Source: a virus
Virus record (IMG/VR): IMGVR_UViG_3300043411_001639
Location: 1-64,000 of that record
DNA length: 64,000 nucleotides
Strand: one strand, 5' to 3'
The position numbers and the translations under genes were made by a program. Shown piece after piece: positions 31,752 through 43,383 of this stretch; the first letter of the stretch is position 1; every line of letters begins with the position of its first letter. The notes beneath the pieces are model-generated. The model did no database searches. It had not been told where the DNA came from and saw only the letters and a program-made list of their open reading frames with translations.

Positions 31752-32664
31752 TGGATTTAGAAGAGAGGGATCAACGACCATGAGTAGTTCATTTTTGGAT
31801 CAAATCCGTTGGCAGATGAAAGATCCTGATGTTTCTGGGATCACTCCTGAAAAGATTCAACAACTGGAGGATCTGAACAACAGAACCAATAATGGTCGTG
31901 GTAGTTCTGTTTGTAGGAGTGTTCTTGCATTCCTCAAGAGGAATCAACTGGAACTTGGAGCAAGGTACTGGTCAAATGAATACGGGACAGTTCATCAATA
32001 TCCAGAACTTATGAACTTCATGAATGATCTGTTCCAAACCAACTACTACAAGAAAATGTTCAATGACCCTTCTGTATAAAAACAAACCAGTAGAGATTCT
32101 ATCTCCAAGACCAATGGGTAGTTTCTATGATTACAACGTCCGTATCATTAAAACTGGTACAGTTGTTGCAGTGAGAAAACATGAGTTACTCCAAAAAGAC
32201 TAGTAAGTTCAACAAGAAACTAGCTGGAAAAACAGTCAGGGTTTAAGAAAAAGAATCTGGACAACTATTCCTGATTAAAATCATCAGTGTAAAACGTGGT
32301 TGTAGTCCAGGTAATATTATCTGGCCTGAATTTGCACAAGTGTTTACAGTTAAAAGAGATGGTAAGATGGCTAAACAGCCATACAACCAAATCAGAACAG
32401 TAGTTAAACAGAATTGGTATGTAAACTATACTGATGAAAACAATGAAATCTGCGAACAGTTCCTAGAAGAATCTACTCTAAAGAAATTCATCAAACAAAA
32501 ACCATGAACCACACACTAGAACATTATCTAGCACTATCTGAACAAGAACTTGAAACTCTCAGAGGTTTGTTTAAACGTCTACCTGCTTTCAGTGAAAGTA
32601 ATCCCTGTACAAAACTGGAAGAAGAATTATTAACTCTGATCTTTGAACACAGAACAAACGAACA

Positions 32665-33147
32665 ATGACTAATAAAAAACGCTGGAATCCTGGCAACATG
32701 TTTGGTGATATGGACTCTGATCTAACCAAACAACCACACTATAACCTTGCTGTTGATATTGGACAGTTTGTTGTTGAACTAAGTTCTAAACTAAAAAAAC
32801 TGGATATTTGGGAAAAACACCTAAAGTTTCTTGAAGAAACAAAATCAGTAGACAACTGGAGTTTTGCTTATGCAGAGGCAGTGTTGAGAAGCCGACAAAA
32901 TTCATTGAAAACAATTCAGTTTTATACTGATATGCCTATTCTTCTTGAATTTGCACCTAACCTGTTTGTGAAGTATGGTGTTGAAATTCTGTCTGTTCAC
33001 AAACATCCCAATGCTCCAATTGATTATCTATCAGATGGAACGTGTACAGGAAACACTAAACCTGAAAACTATAAACTAGCCCGTAAACATGAAGTTGAAA
33101 CCAGAAACTGGTGGAAATGTAATAACAAGAAAGAAATGTTAAACTAA
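32665..33147 (+). CDS. hypothetical protein
   Basis: 160 aa ORF. Confidence 0.7.
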   Translation: MTNKKRWNPGNMFGDMDSDLTKQPHYNLAVDIGQFVVELSSKLKKLDIWEKHLKFLEETKSVDNWSFAYAEAVLRSRQNSLKTIQFYTDMPILLEFAPNLFVKYGVEILSVHKHPNAPIDYLSDGTCTGNTKPENYKLARKHEVETRNWWKCNNKKEMLN

Positions 33148-33257
33148 AATGCATCCTAGAATTAAATTTTTAATGATTTTACTAACTGCATTATTTATAG
33201 CAGTCCCCTTTACTGTTATGTATTATAACCGTCATAACTCTGTTAAAAACAACACAG

Positions 33258-33286
33258 TTGCAACCCACTACTGTCCGTGCTAATGT
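33258..33286 (+). promoter_or_regulatory. phage early promoter
   Basis: TTGCAA-17-TAATGT. Confidence 0.8.
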
Positions 33287-33510
33287 CGGACCATAGATCA
33301 ACAAATGAGAAACCCAACAAATGAAAAATTCCAGATAGGACAAAAGTATTCATTTCAAGACTGTCCCACAATTGTTTATCAAATTCTTAAAGTTGAAGAA
33401 AATGATAAAATCATTAAAATGATGAGAATTACTAACGGCGGCGGCATTTTTGCTGATCATCCTTGGTATGTTCCGTTTTCTGATATGGATCTTTTTGTTA
33501 GGGTGGATCA

Positions 33511-33939
33511 ATGACTCCTATCATCGTTGATAGTTTTGGTATGTTCCTTTCTGCCATTCAACGGGGAGAATCCTTTGTTGATTCTCCTGAAACTTTCTAC
33601 TGGTTCGGGTGCCCCCTGAACGATTTTGCTGTTGAAAAAACCTGCAAAAACAGAAACATAACCCCAGAAACCTTCAACAAAGTAATGGATATTCTCCTTC
33701 CTGCTTTTCAGGATGGACGTGTTTGGTTCAGTGAATACACTGATGAAAGTAAGTTCCAACTTCAACGGGAATATTTCCAAGATTTCCTTGACACGGTCTC
33801 ATCTCGTACTGGAAACTCTCGGATTGTTTTTGAGCGTTTTGCCAACAAATATTGGGAAGCACACCTCATTGTTCCTGTAATGTGTGAACTTCTAAAAGAA
33901 AACGGTTGGCAGGTTTCCTATCCATTCAGGAGATACTAA
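33511..33939 (+). CDS. hypothetical protein
   Basis: 142 aa ORF. Confidence 0.7.
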   Translation: MTPIIVDSFGMFLSAIQRGESFVDSPETFYWFGCPLNDFAVEKTCKNRNITPETFNKVMDILLPAFQDGRVWFSEYTDESKFQLQREYFQDFLDTVSSRTGNSRIVFERFANKYWEAHLIVPVMCELLKENGWQVSYPFRRY

Positions 33940-33943
33940 ACCA

Positions 33944-34642
33944 ATGAGTGATTATTATCAAGGTGAACACGGCAAACAACGTTGGTTAAGCAAAAGTATT
34001 GAACAACGTGCCCGATTTTTAACTGCTCTTTATCATAAACCTGATAGTTGGGTTCATAAAGCCACTGGTCAAATTTTCTTTGTAGAAAAAATAGAACTAC
34101 ACTATGTCTCTCTGTCTAATGAAAGAAAAGGGGTTGTTTGTGATACCTGGAAAACCAGTGGTCATAGTTTTGAAGAGTTTACCGATCAACCTGAATGGTA
34201 TCTTTCAGATGTTTGCTTGGTTCCAGTGGATGATGAAACCATTCAGTATTCACTCCAATATGAAGTGATGGAAAAAAGATTTAGAACTGAAAAAAACACT
34301 GAATATTTCTTCAAGGGTGAACAAGGTAAGAAACGTTGGTTAACTCATAGTCCACAACAACGAAGTTTGATTATACAAATTTTCAACCGTTCAGAAACGG
34401 TTAAATACCGCACTAAAACAGGTGAAATCCTTGACCTTGAATCTGTTGAACTAAACTATCTGTCTCTAACAGAAATAGGACATGATAATCCCTATTGGAT
34501 CAGTAAAGAACTGTTTAAATACATGCCTGATAATACTGAGACTGAATGGTACCTGCACGACATCTATCTAATTCCAGTTGGATCAAATAAAATCAAACAT
34601 TCAATTCACTTTGGAGAAGTAACGGAGATGTTTAATCAATGA
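33944..34642 (+). CDS. hypothetical protein with an internal two-domain duplication
   Basis: two repeats of Y..GE.GK.RWL...(I/V)EL.Y.SL...EWYL.D..L.PV...I..S. Confidence 0.75.
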   Translation: MSDYYQGEHGKQRWLSKSIEQRARFLTALYHKPDSWVHKATGQIFFVEKIELHYVSLSNERKGVVCDTWKTSGHSFEEFTDQPEWYLSDVCLVPVDDETIQYSLQYEVMEKRFRTEKNTEYFFKGEQGKKRWLTHSPQQRSLIIQIFNRSETVKYRTKTGEILDLESVELNYLSLTEIGHDNPYWISKELFKYMPDNTETEWYLHDIYLIPVGSNKIKHSIHFGEVTEMFNQ

Positions 34643-35521
34643 CAGACATTCAACTTTCCAGTGGTAAACGTGGTGATAAACACATCAAAAACAGAGGTAA
34701 AGCTCAGATTGAATACATGACCTGGGCTCTTGAACAAAAACCTGGAATTCAATATGAGGGTTGTGATGGGAAAGTCCACACTCTCAAACAAGTTCTAGTT
34801 AGCTACGGGGTGTTTGATAAAAAAGCTAAGAATTCAGGAGATTGGGATACTTCTGATACTAAACCAACAGATCCAACTGTTAGCTGGTTTATCTATGACA
34901 TTACTTTTGTATCAACAGATGGCATCAGTTGTTTTAGTTCTGGAGGTTGTTTTCAGCCACTAGGAACAGATTGGTAAAATCATGCCTGACAGAGAAGATT
35001 TCATTGTTAGTTTCTTAAATCTATGTACCTTCCTCGGTTATTTCTTTGTCATGGTAGGACATGGAGTTCTTTGGTGTATTTTAACTGGTAACAACTATGT
35101 TGGAACATCAATAGGTGTGGTTTATTTCTTCTGGTTTGGATATCAACTTTTAAAAGATTAACACAAAACGACGAGTAAAACAATGACAACTAAAATCTAT
35201 TCCCCAGAAGATTTCAAACGTGATAACCACGAAGCAAAAGTAAAAGCTGAAGGTGCAAAACTAAAAGCTCAAAAAGAATTCCAGGCTAAAGTTGAAAAAC
35301 TTGTTGAAGAGTTTAATGTTCAGGCAAAAGATATTGCAGAAGATCCATTTCATGTTCAGCATAAAACCTTTCCTGTTATAACTGATACAAAAGAACTAGC
35401 TGTTGAACTAGCATCACGTCTTAGTTCTGTTGGATGGAAAACAACAAAGCCAGTTTTGTTTGATGATCTAGCAATGAGTCACTGTAAACATCAGTTCTGG
35501 GTATCAAAACCCTAAAACCAG

Positions 35522-35550
35522 TTGCATCTCGCTCCGTAACCTGGTAGTGT
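35522..35550 (+). promoter_or_regulatory. phage early promoter
   Basis: TTGCAT-17-TAGTGT. Confidence 0.85.
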
Positions 35551-36216
35551 CGGGTTGTCAGTCGGGCACCACAACCAACAGAACCAGGAGTACCATTTAG
35601 TTATGGCCCTGGTTGTTCTGTGGTAATCTACAAACAAAAAATCTCCAACTTCATCATCAAAAAGGACTGAAACACCATGACAATCGGCATTCCTCAGATC
35701 GGTGACAGTGTTCCTTGGAATGAGATTCCTGAGTTCTACAACGATTCTTATCATCGTGAATTTCCTCCTCCTGATGGGATTGTTACTGATGTGTTTCTTG
35801 ATAGCAACTACTGCATTGTTCAGTGTGATGGTTATTTTATCCATTTTGATCTTGATGGTAGTTCCTGGGATTCAACTGGACAGTGGAAGCGTGATTTTCA
35901 GTGGGGTTATCAGCGTGAACAGGTAAATCAAGAACAGGATGAAGTTCTTGATGGTTTTGCTGAGATGGGTTGATTTTCAAGTTGTTTTGTTTGTACATTT
36001 GCAGTAAAAAAACCATGAGTGAACCTAAATATAAAATCGGTGACAACGTAGTTCATCAAACCAAGATTTCTCTTGGTCCAATAGGAGATCCTTTTTCTGG
36101 TAAAGTAACAGGTGTAAACTTCTATTCTGGCTGTTGGAGGTATACAATTCTAGCAGCTAACAACAAAAGCCTTGTAGGCGCTGAAGAATTCTATATCACT
36201 AAACAATAGGACAATC

Positions 36217-36669
36217 ATGGAACGTCTAACCAAGACAGGTTTTCCAGTTTCAACTAGTACATTCTGTTTCTGTCAGATCTGTGGTAAAGGAGCTATCACA
36301 GATATCTGCCACTATACAATGTGGCAAGAGATGGATGATAAAGATGTTCCTGAACCTGGAAACTTCATAGTTGTTTGTAAAGATCCAGCATGTAACAAAG
36401 TAGTTGATGATCATCCAAGAGGTTATCAAGAAGTCCCTTGGAGCTTGGGTGGTCCTGGTGCCTTCATGCTGACTTGTGGTGATTGTGAATACCGCCAAGG
36501 TTTTTCCTGTACAAATCCAGGGCTGACTGCTAACGGTGGTTCAGGACTTGAAGTTGGTTTTAGAAACATGTTCGTGGATAACATGATTTATTGTTTCAAT
36601 GATGGTAGAGGTTGTAGAAAACCATTTGGGGACCGACCAGTTATTAGTTGTGTAGGAAACCCAAAATGA
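36217..36669 (+). CDS. Cys-rich hypothetical protein
   Basis: multiple CxxC pairs; AGGA RBS. Confidence 0.7.
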   Translation: MERLTKTGFPVSTSTFCFCQICGKGAITDICHYTMWQEMDDKDVPEPGNFIVVCKDPACNKVVDDHPRGYQEVPWSLGGPGAFMLTCGDCEYRQGFSCTNPGLTANGGSGLEVGFRNMFVDNMIYCFNDGRGCRKPFGDRPVISCVGNPK

Positions 36670-37558
36670 TGATAGCAAATGTTAGTAGCATTGAGTTGTT
36701 TACTAGAATTCTAGATGGTGGTTTTACAATCAAATGTAATTGTGGTCATATTCACAGGGTCGTTGAACCTTTTCCGAAAACCAGAAAGCATAACAACCAT
36801 GTTTAAAGTTGAAGTAGGTTTAGTTGGTATTGTTTACTCAGGGCCTTCTAACACTGAAGCTGAAACAACCTATGAAGAATACTGTGAACAGTCTCATAGT
36901 CTGGTTGGTAATGCTGCAAACCAACCTGTAACCATGTGGTTTATGAACGAAGTAGTTCACTCATATCAACCTGACTCAGATGATTTTGGAATTAGTGATT
37001 GCAATGACTAGAAACTATGCAGTAGTTTTGAAATTCTTTGATGGTTATATCCAGGTAATAGTTCGGGCCAAAAGTTTAGTAGAAGCAGAAACCAAAGTAT
37101 TAGCAATCAAGCCTGGAAAACTACTCAAACTCTGGTTTGAACAAAACCCACCTAGTGTTGTAATGATTAGTACAGCAGATGAGGAACCTGTAACAAAACT
37201 ATGAAAATCAATGCTAACACCAACTGTTTTGATGAACTAGAAGAAGCTATTACTCATCAATATGTTCTTCGTACTTCTGGATATGACTACAGTGAACGTG
37301 TAGTTCCAGAAAGAACAGATCTAGGAAATAGATTGGTTGATGCTGGAGTTTGGGATGGTGATAAACGAGATGATGAACGTTCAAAACTAGAGCTTGAAAG
37401 ACAGAGTGAGCCTTATGAAGAACAATCTAACCATGAAGTTAAAGTTCTAACAACTTTCAATGTTTCAGGGCATCTTTATGCTAATATCTCAATCCCTGAG
37501 ATTCCAGGTTCAGATTATTGGATTAGTATCTAACCAAAGTTGTTTCAGACAAACTCTG

Positions 37559-37587
37559 TTGCATCTCCCCTCTCAACCTGCTAAGGT
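37559..37587 (+). promoter_or_regulatory. phage early promoter (leaderless)
   Basis: TTGCAT-17-TAAGGT; ATG 37594; preceded by TTGT-TTCAG-ACAA at 37540. Confidence 0.85.
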
Positions 37588-38393
37588 ACATCTATGAGTG
37601 CGAGATACTACTGTCCTCAAGCGTGTGATTCCCGTAAAGGGTGGGTTGATCTTCCCTCTTTGGCTTCAACCAAAGAAAAAGAAGCAGAAAAGAACGTCAT
37701 GGAATGGCGGGAACAATCCCCCTCAAACAACACCCTCCAAACCCGTGTTATTCGTAAACCTCATGGATGGGAGCCCTGAACATCATGGAATTCAACAAAT
37801 CAAGCCTGATTCATCGTCTCAAGCATATTCTCCAGATGAAGGGACAGATCGGACATGATCTGAAAGCTGGAGATGTTCACTACGAATCCATGTACGAGAT
37901 CTTCGTAAAAGAAGGTGGAAGGGAATACAGGTTCATCGGAACTCTGGGTTTTGGAGGTAAGATCTATTACTCCATTTCCAAGGGATTTTGGGTGGATTGT
38001 TATCCCGAAGATCTGACAGATGAACGGGCAGAGACAATCAAAGAGATCAACAGGTCACTGGACATTCTCGCGAACAAATCCGACAAGTTCGGTTTCCTTC
38101 AACACTGAAAGCAATCATTACCATGCAAAACTCTGAAGAACTCATCAAATATACCTTGGGTCTGATGAATCAGAACATCAAGGTAGTAAACGAAAACAAG
38201 ATTGCTGCCTATGAGCACATGGAAATGATGGAAGAAAAGTTTTCTTTCGTATTGTCTGAGGGTTATTCTGATGAAGAAACTGCCAGAGCTGAAAATGATA
38301 GGATTGAAGCACTTAAATCCTATAAAGATCTCTGTGATGAAGAAACTGCCTGTCTAACAGATCGTAATGCTTTTCTAAAAGAAACAGCATAAC

Positions 38394-38750
38394 ATGCCTA
38401 TCAAAAAAGAAACATATCTCTGTTGTTCCTGTATGACTGAATATCCAACAGAACAAGAAGCTAGTAAGTGTGAAACACAACTGCCAGGAACACGTAGAGC
38501 TACGAGAATCTACAATCCTGATGAAATTTTAACAGTTAAATCATGGACACCTTGTGAAACCTTTGAACTGGTTACTGTTAAAGTAATCCGAACAGAAATT
38601 GGTCCTGCAAGCAGTGGCACTAGAGGTTTGCATGAAAACTACGTCATAGTTGATAAATGGATTGATATCCTAGATTACTATGACCACGCTAGAGACTGTT
38701 GGGAAACTGAACATACAACTAGAATTCCAGCTTCAAAAATTGATGATTGA
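38394..38750 (+). CDS. CxxC..CE family protein
   Basis: YLCCSC...EASKCE. Confidence 0.65.
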   Translation: MPIKKETYLCCSCMTEYPTEQEASKCETQLPGTRRATRIYNPDEILTVKSWTPCETFELVTVKVIRTEIGPASSGTRGLHENYVIVDKWIDILDYYDHARDCWETEHTTRIPASKIDD

Positions 38751-39054
38751 ATAATCATATGAGTTATCAACGTTTGATTTCTACAATTTCAGATCTATCA
38801 GTTCCACTTAAACCAGCACCATTCACACAACGGGTTGTTGCTTGGTTCTTTTCAACCTATGCTAACAAATGGAAATGGCATAGACAGAAACAAGGTGGAA
38901 GATGGGCAAGAATCTTTAAGAGAGAATTTTTAAATAAACCCTATCAACTAAAAGGCTGGGAACAGGTTCCCAAATGCATATTTCTGTTATATCCAGAAGG
39001 AACATTTAGTTATATAACTGGGGAATGCACTAAAGAACAATGTAACTGTGAAGT

Positions 39055-39705
39055 TTATGGTTCTTGATGATCTGGTGTATGATCCCAAACACTGTCTTTG
39101 AATTTAATGTTCTTGTTATACCAGATATTCATCTCTCCAAGATCTTCTTGGAATCCCTCAAAAGTTAAATAATCTAAAGCAGTCTGAGTGTCAATTTGTT
39201 TGACTACTTTGACTGTTTCTGGATCTAACAATGGTTCACCGTCTGAACCAACATCATACGTAATAAAAACAAACTCACCATCTGAGTTTTCTTGTAAACT
39301 CTCCACAGGCAGTAGTTCTCCCGTGACTATATATACCTCATCGTTAGCTATGGGTTTGATAAAAAGCTCCCAAAGCATGTGCTGAAAGTATTCCCTGCTC
39401 CCACCTGTTGAATATCTAGCACGGCTATGGTTAGGTGCTTGTATCTCATAATACTTCCCATATTTCTTAACAAAATAAACAGATAGACCGTTTTCTTTTG
39501 TTTTACCCCACATCATATCATTTCTAAATTCCGAGTCTAACCCTACCCTGCTCCTAGTAGTCTCATCGTATCTCCCAAATCTAATAAATAAGTGTGCTTT
39601 ATTATCAAGCATCTCAGAGTTCCTGACTCTAGGGAGTGACTTGATGTAGTTGGAGTATTCCTCATGATCTTGTTCAAACAACCAGTTAGCTAATACCAAA
39701 CTCAT
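39055..39705 (-). CDS. putative virion-internal protein (capsid-targeting-like N-terminus)
   Basis: the only long minus-strand ORF in the early region; starts MSLVLANWLFE; upstream TAATTA. Confidence 0.65.
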   Translation of the reverse strand: MSLVLANWLFEQDHEEYSNYIKSLPRVRNSEMLDNKAHLFIRFGRYDETTRSRVGLDSEFRNDMMWGKTKENGLSVYFVKKYGKYYEIQAPNHSRARYSTGGSREYFQHMLWELFIKPIANDEVYIVTGELLPVESLQENSDGEFVFITYDVGSDGEPLLDPETVKVVKQIDTQTALDYLTFEGFQEDLGEMNIWYNKNIKFKDSVWDHTPDHQEP

Positions 39706-39759
39706 ATCTTGTTAATTACTTCCTTGTTCTAAGTAGTTCCAGCAACTTACTAGTTAGTC

Positions 39760-39796
39760 AGTGTAATCCTATTCAAGTAGGAGAGGAGGAGGGGTA
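39760..39796 (+). repeat. dispersed repeat, copy 2
   Basis: AGTGTAATCCTATTCAAGTAGGAGAGGAGGAGGGGTA, matches 24325..24361. Confidence 0.7.
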
Positions 39797-39852
39797 GGTT
39801 CTTATCAACGAATAAATAACTGGATCATACTCAACTTGTTCAGACAAACTAG

Positions 39853-39881
39853 TTGCATCCTGCCCTGTAACCTGCTAGAGT
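39853..39881 (+). promoter_or_regulatory. phage early promoter
   Basis: TTGCAT-17-TAGAGT. Confidence 0.85.
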
Positions 39882-39905
39882 CATGGGTAGAGAAGGAACA
39901 GAACA

Positions 39906-40124
39906 ATGCAGCACGTACTTTTTTCATTCAGTGAAAAAACTGACAATGAAACCCATTTCATCCATGAATGGGAGAACTGGAATGGAACTGTTCCTGTGAT
40001 CGGAGACATTGTTGTTGTGAAGGTAAATAAATATTATAGACGAGGTGAGCCATTTCAAGAAACTTACTTGGTGGTTGGGAGAACCATTCTCTCTGAAACC
40101 ATTACTGTGTGCTACGTAGAATAA
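39906..40124 (+). CDS. small protein, family B
   Basis: H.I.EW...P.IGD.VV...Y.V.GR; paralogues 40235 and 40459. Confidence 0.7.
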   Translation: MQHVLFSFSEKTDNETHFIHEWENWNGTVPVIGDIVVVKVNKYYRRGEPFQETYLVVGRTILSETITVCYVE

Positions 40125-40179
40125 AAGGAGTTAATTCAGCTTGTTTCAGACAAGTCTGATTTATTTCAGACAAACTCTG

Positions 40180-40208
40180 TTGCAACACCCGCTGGAACCT
40201 GCTAGAGT
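40180..40208 (+). promoter_or_regulatory. phage early promoter
   Basis: TTGCAA-17-TAGAGT; three TTCAG-core elements upstream. Confidence 0.85.
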
Positions 40209-40234
40209 CATGTGTAGAGAAGGAGAACTGAGAA

Positions 40235-40462
40235 ATGAAGACCGATCTGCTTTTCTGGTTCAAAGACTCAATCAGTAACACAACCCACTCTATTACAGAA
40301 TGGGAAGATCCTCAGTTTATTCCTAACGTCGGGGATACTGTTGTTCTTGAAGTATTTGAACTTAATTCTTCTATCTGGAAGCCTTCTTTTCGCCGTACAT
40401 ATGTTGTTACTGGTAGACTCATCAATTCAAATGGTTGTGGCGTTGAAATCTTCGTAGAGTGA
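40235..40462 (+). CDS. small protein, family B
   Basis: HSITEW..P.VGDTVV..YVVTGR. Confidence 0.7.
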   Translation: MKTDLLFWFKDSISNTTHSITEWEDPQFIPNVGDTVVLEVFELNSSIWKPSFRRTYVVTGRLINSNGCGVEIFVE

Positions 40463-40707
40463 TAAAGAAAGAACAAGTTCCCATGAACGTCATGTTTGGT
40501 TTCAGTGATCCTCACAAACAAGAAAACTATTCAATCAAAGACTGGAAAGGATACAACAGTCCTTTTCTTCCTGGTGTTGGAGACCGTGTTTGGATTGCAG
40601 TCTATAAAGGGGAAGAAGTGAGCGACAAAAGAAAATACTGCAAAGTAGTTGAACGTTCTTTCTATCCAGACGGTGATGTTTTTATGGAAGTTCTCTGGGG
40701 AGACTGA
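40459..40707 (+). CDS. small protein, family B
   Basis: SIKDW..PGVGDRV..KVVER. Confidence 0.65.
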   Translation: MIKKEQVPMNVMFGFSDPHKQENYSIKDWKGYNSPFLPGVGDRVWIAVYKGEEVSDKRKYCKVVERSFYPDGDVFMEVLWGD

Positions 40708-40730
40708 CAACAACAAAGGAAACAATCTCA

Positions 40731-41090
40731 ATGAGCTACATTCTCTGGATTGATGATCTTCGTGATCCCAACAACCATCACTACGCAAGAAAAGTCAATA
40801 TGTATGCTCATAGGAAAAATCTTCCTGTGGTTTGGGTGAAAACCTCTCAGGAAGCAATCCAGTATGTTCAGAACAACGGTCTTCCTTTTCTTATGTCACT
40901 TGACCATGATCTGGGAATTCTGCTCAATGGTGTGGAGGATACCACCATGTATTTTCTCAAGTGGCTTGCTTATGAATATACGAATCTTACATCTGATAAT
41001 TTTCCTATCTGGATGATCCATTCAGATAATGGTCCTGGTAGACTTAACATGGATAGTTTTCTTGCATCACTGAAGAAGTCAATGGAATAG
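40731..41090 (+). CDS. cyclic-phosphate-processing receiver-domain protein
   Basis: LWIDDLRDP...SLDHDLG...IHSDN.PG..NM pattern. Confidence 0.75.
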   Translation: MSYILWIDDLRDPNNHHYARKVNMYAHRKNLPVVWVKTSQEAIQYVQNNGLPFLMSLDHDLGILLNGVEDTTMYFLKWLAYEYTNLTSDNFPIWMIHSDNGPGRLNMDSFLASLKKSME

Positions 41091-41908
41091 AAATGACAAC
41101 CATAAAAACAATCGTTGTTATGATCGTAGATGACAAAGAAGTAGCCTCATGCTGGCATCTAAACAAAACCTCTGAAGGAAAATATGAAATCCTTGGAGGA
41201 AAAGGAGAACTTGAGAATTACCTAATTGAATCTCTCAACAATCCAGACTATCAACTTCCTTCTTTTGAGGATAAGTGACCATCAGGTTTTCTTAGTCCTA
41301 AACCATCTTCGTTACTAGGAACACCTAGAACAAGAAACCTTTATATTCAATGTTCTAGTCCAATGGACAAGCAGAATTCAACTACAACGGTTTGATAAAA
41401 ACTAAAGTTAAAACTCATGAAACTCAAATATTTTACTAGCTTTGGTGATATTAAACATCTGTTTGAATATAACTTCAACACTGTTGCAACAATCTGGTAT
41501 TCTGATTCTCAAACAAAGGTAAATGTTCTAGTAAAAAAACTAGGTGATAGGTTTGATGAGATAATTTATGATAAACAGTGGATGAATAATCTAGCAAACA
41601 TGTTAGTAGTTGAACATGTTGAGGTTAGTGATCAACCAAATTATTTATTGTTTAAATTTGATAAACTGGAGTAATAAAATGGAAATGTTTCCTTTTGATG
41701 ATACTCTCTGGCTTCCAGTAGTTTCAAAAATCTCTGATGTTGGGATTTTAAAACCACCAAAGTTTGATGAAGAAAACAATATGTGGGTGTGTACATTTAC
41801 ACATAATGAAACAAAAGAAACCAAGAAAACTTGGGGCGATGATGCTCCAACTTGTATAATCAGATTGTTTAAATTTCTATTCCCAGGCATTAAACCCTGG
41901 TAAAACAG

Positions 41909-41937
41909 TTGCAACCTGCTCTGGTACCTGCTAGAGT
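41909..41937 (+). promoter_or_regulatory. phage early promoter
   Basis: TTGCAA-17-TAGAGT. Confidence 0.85.
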
Positions 41938-41959
41938 TGGAACTAGGGAGTACATCACC

Positions 41960-42304
41960 ATGTCTGTTCATCCTAAACACGCTTTGGAACGTGCTTCTGA
42001 AAGATATGGAATAGTTCTCAACAACCAGGATATTATCAACATGGAAAGGTTGATCATGGAGGGGAAAGACAAACCTTACTGGTTTATTCGGGATGGAATC
42101 AAAACCAGATTTCTTCCTCCTATTCATGATTTTCTCCGACGTGGTGATAAAAGTACCAACCAGCGGATTGCTGGTGAAGTGTATTACCGTGGTAAGTGGT
42201 TTATCTATATCTTTCGTACTTCTGTGAATGAGATTGTTACTCTAATGCATCCTAAAACCAAGTTCAACTCTGAGGGTTGTACTATCACCAAAAACCTGCA
42301 CTAA
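41960..42304 (+). CDS. putative BECR-fold (HAxxR) RNase-like protein
   Basis: KHALERASERY N-terminal helix and C-terminal IVT strand; start ATG 41960 after GGGAG. Confidence 0.45.
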   Translation: MSVHPKHALERASERYGIVLNNQDIINMERLIMEGKDKPYWFIRDGIKTRFLPPIHDFLRRGDKSTNQRIAGEVYYRGKWFIYIFRTSVNEIVTLMHPKTKFNSEGCTITKNLH

Positions 42305-43314
42305 CATAAAAAAGAACACACAAATAATTGCTTAGTATAGTGTTTCAAGGTTTTTGTAAACAGGTTACTACTCACATCAAGATTGGAAACTATTGATCAT
42401 GTTTATGGCAGGGGTGAGAAATGCAGGAAAACTTCAATCAACTTCAATCAGAGTGTTTGATGTAGTTGAGCAAGCTATTGAATATGGCAAAGATAAACCC
42501 TCATTCATGTATCAAGGGTTTATCTGGGAATTGTTTACAAACAGAAAACCCAAACTAATCTATTCCTTCTACAAAAAGAAATTCATGAAAAAGAATCATG
42601 TATAAAATTATCAGGTTTTATTCAAATCCTTCAATCCCTAATAGAACAGTTCAAACTGGCCTAACTCTAGAACAAGCACAACGCCATTGTTCCGATCCCA
42701 ATTCCAGTTATAAAACCTGTACTACTAAAACAGGAAGAGCAAGAACAAAAGCTAATGGACCTTGGTTTGATGGATATACAAGACAATGACATATTGTTAT
42801 GAATTTGAAAATCAATGTGATGGAGTTGAAAACATCTGGATAACCACTGAGAGCTTCTGGAATACTCACGGATATTTCTCCGATCAGGAAAGAGGTAAGG
42901 AATTTCCTCTGGCAATACAACACCTCCTAGTGAATATTAGTGAGGCATGTTTTGAACTACGAAAACCGTATACCAAACAAGAGTTTATTAACCTAGCCAA
43001 CCTCTTAGGATGGAAACATGTTGGTGTTTGAACTAGAACTATTCCAGCATGTAAACAACCAACAGAAGTTCTCCGTTGAACTATGGGGAGATGATGTTCT
43101 TGATAAAGCTAAGTTTTGGTATGATACCATGAAACTAAATGGTCCTGTATATGTTACAGTTAAATCAGACTGTAACTGTATAACCAAAACACCTATTCAA
43201 CTAAAAATACTTCCAGGTAATGTTTGGTGTACTAGACGTCAGTTGCATACCTGGACTGTATCAGTCTAATCAACTTTGTTTCAGACAACCCAACGATTAG
43301 CTGAACTAATCTCG

Positions 43315-43343
43315 TTGCAACCCTCTGTGAGTCGTGGTAGTGT
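43315..43343 (+). promoter_or_regulatory. phage early promoter
   Basis: TTGCAA-17-TAGTGT; both palindrome types upstream (43276, 43295). Confidence 0.85.
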
Positions 43344-43383
43344 CAGGTTGTCAGTCGGGCAGAGCAACAGAGGAACTAATTCA

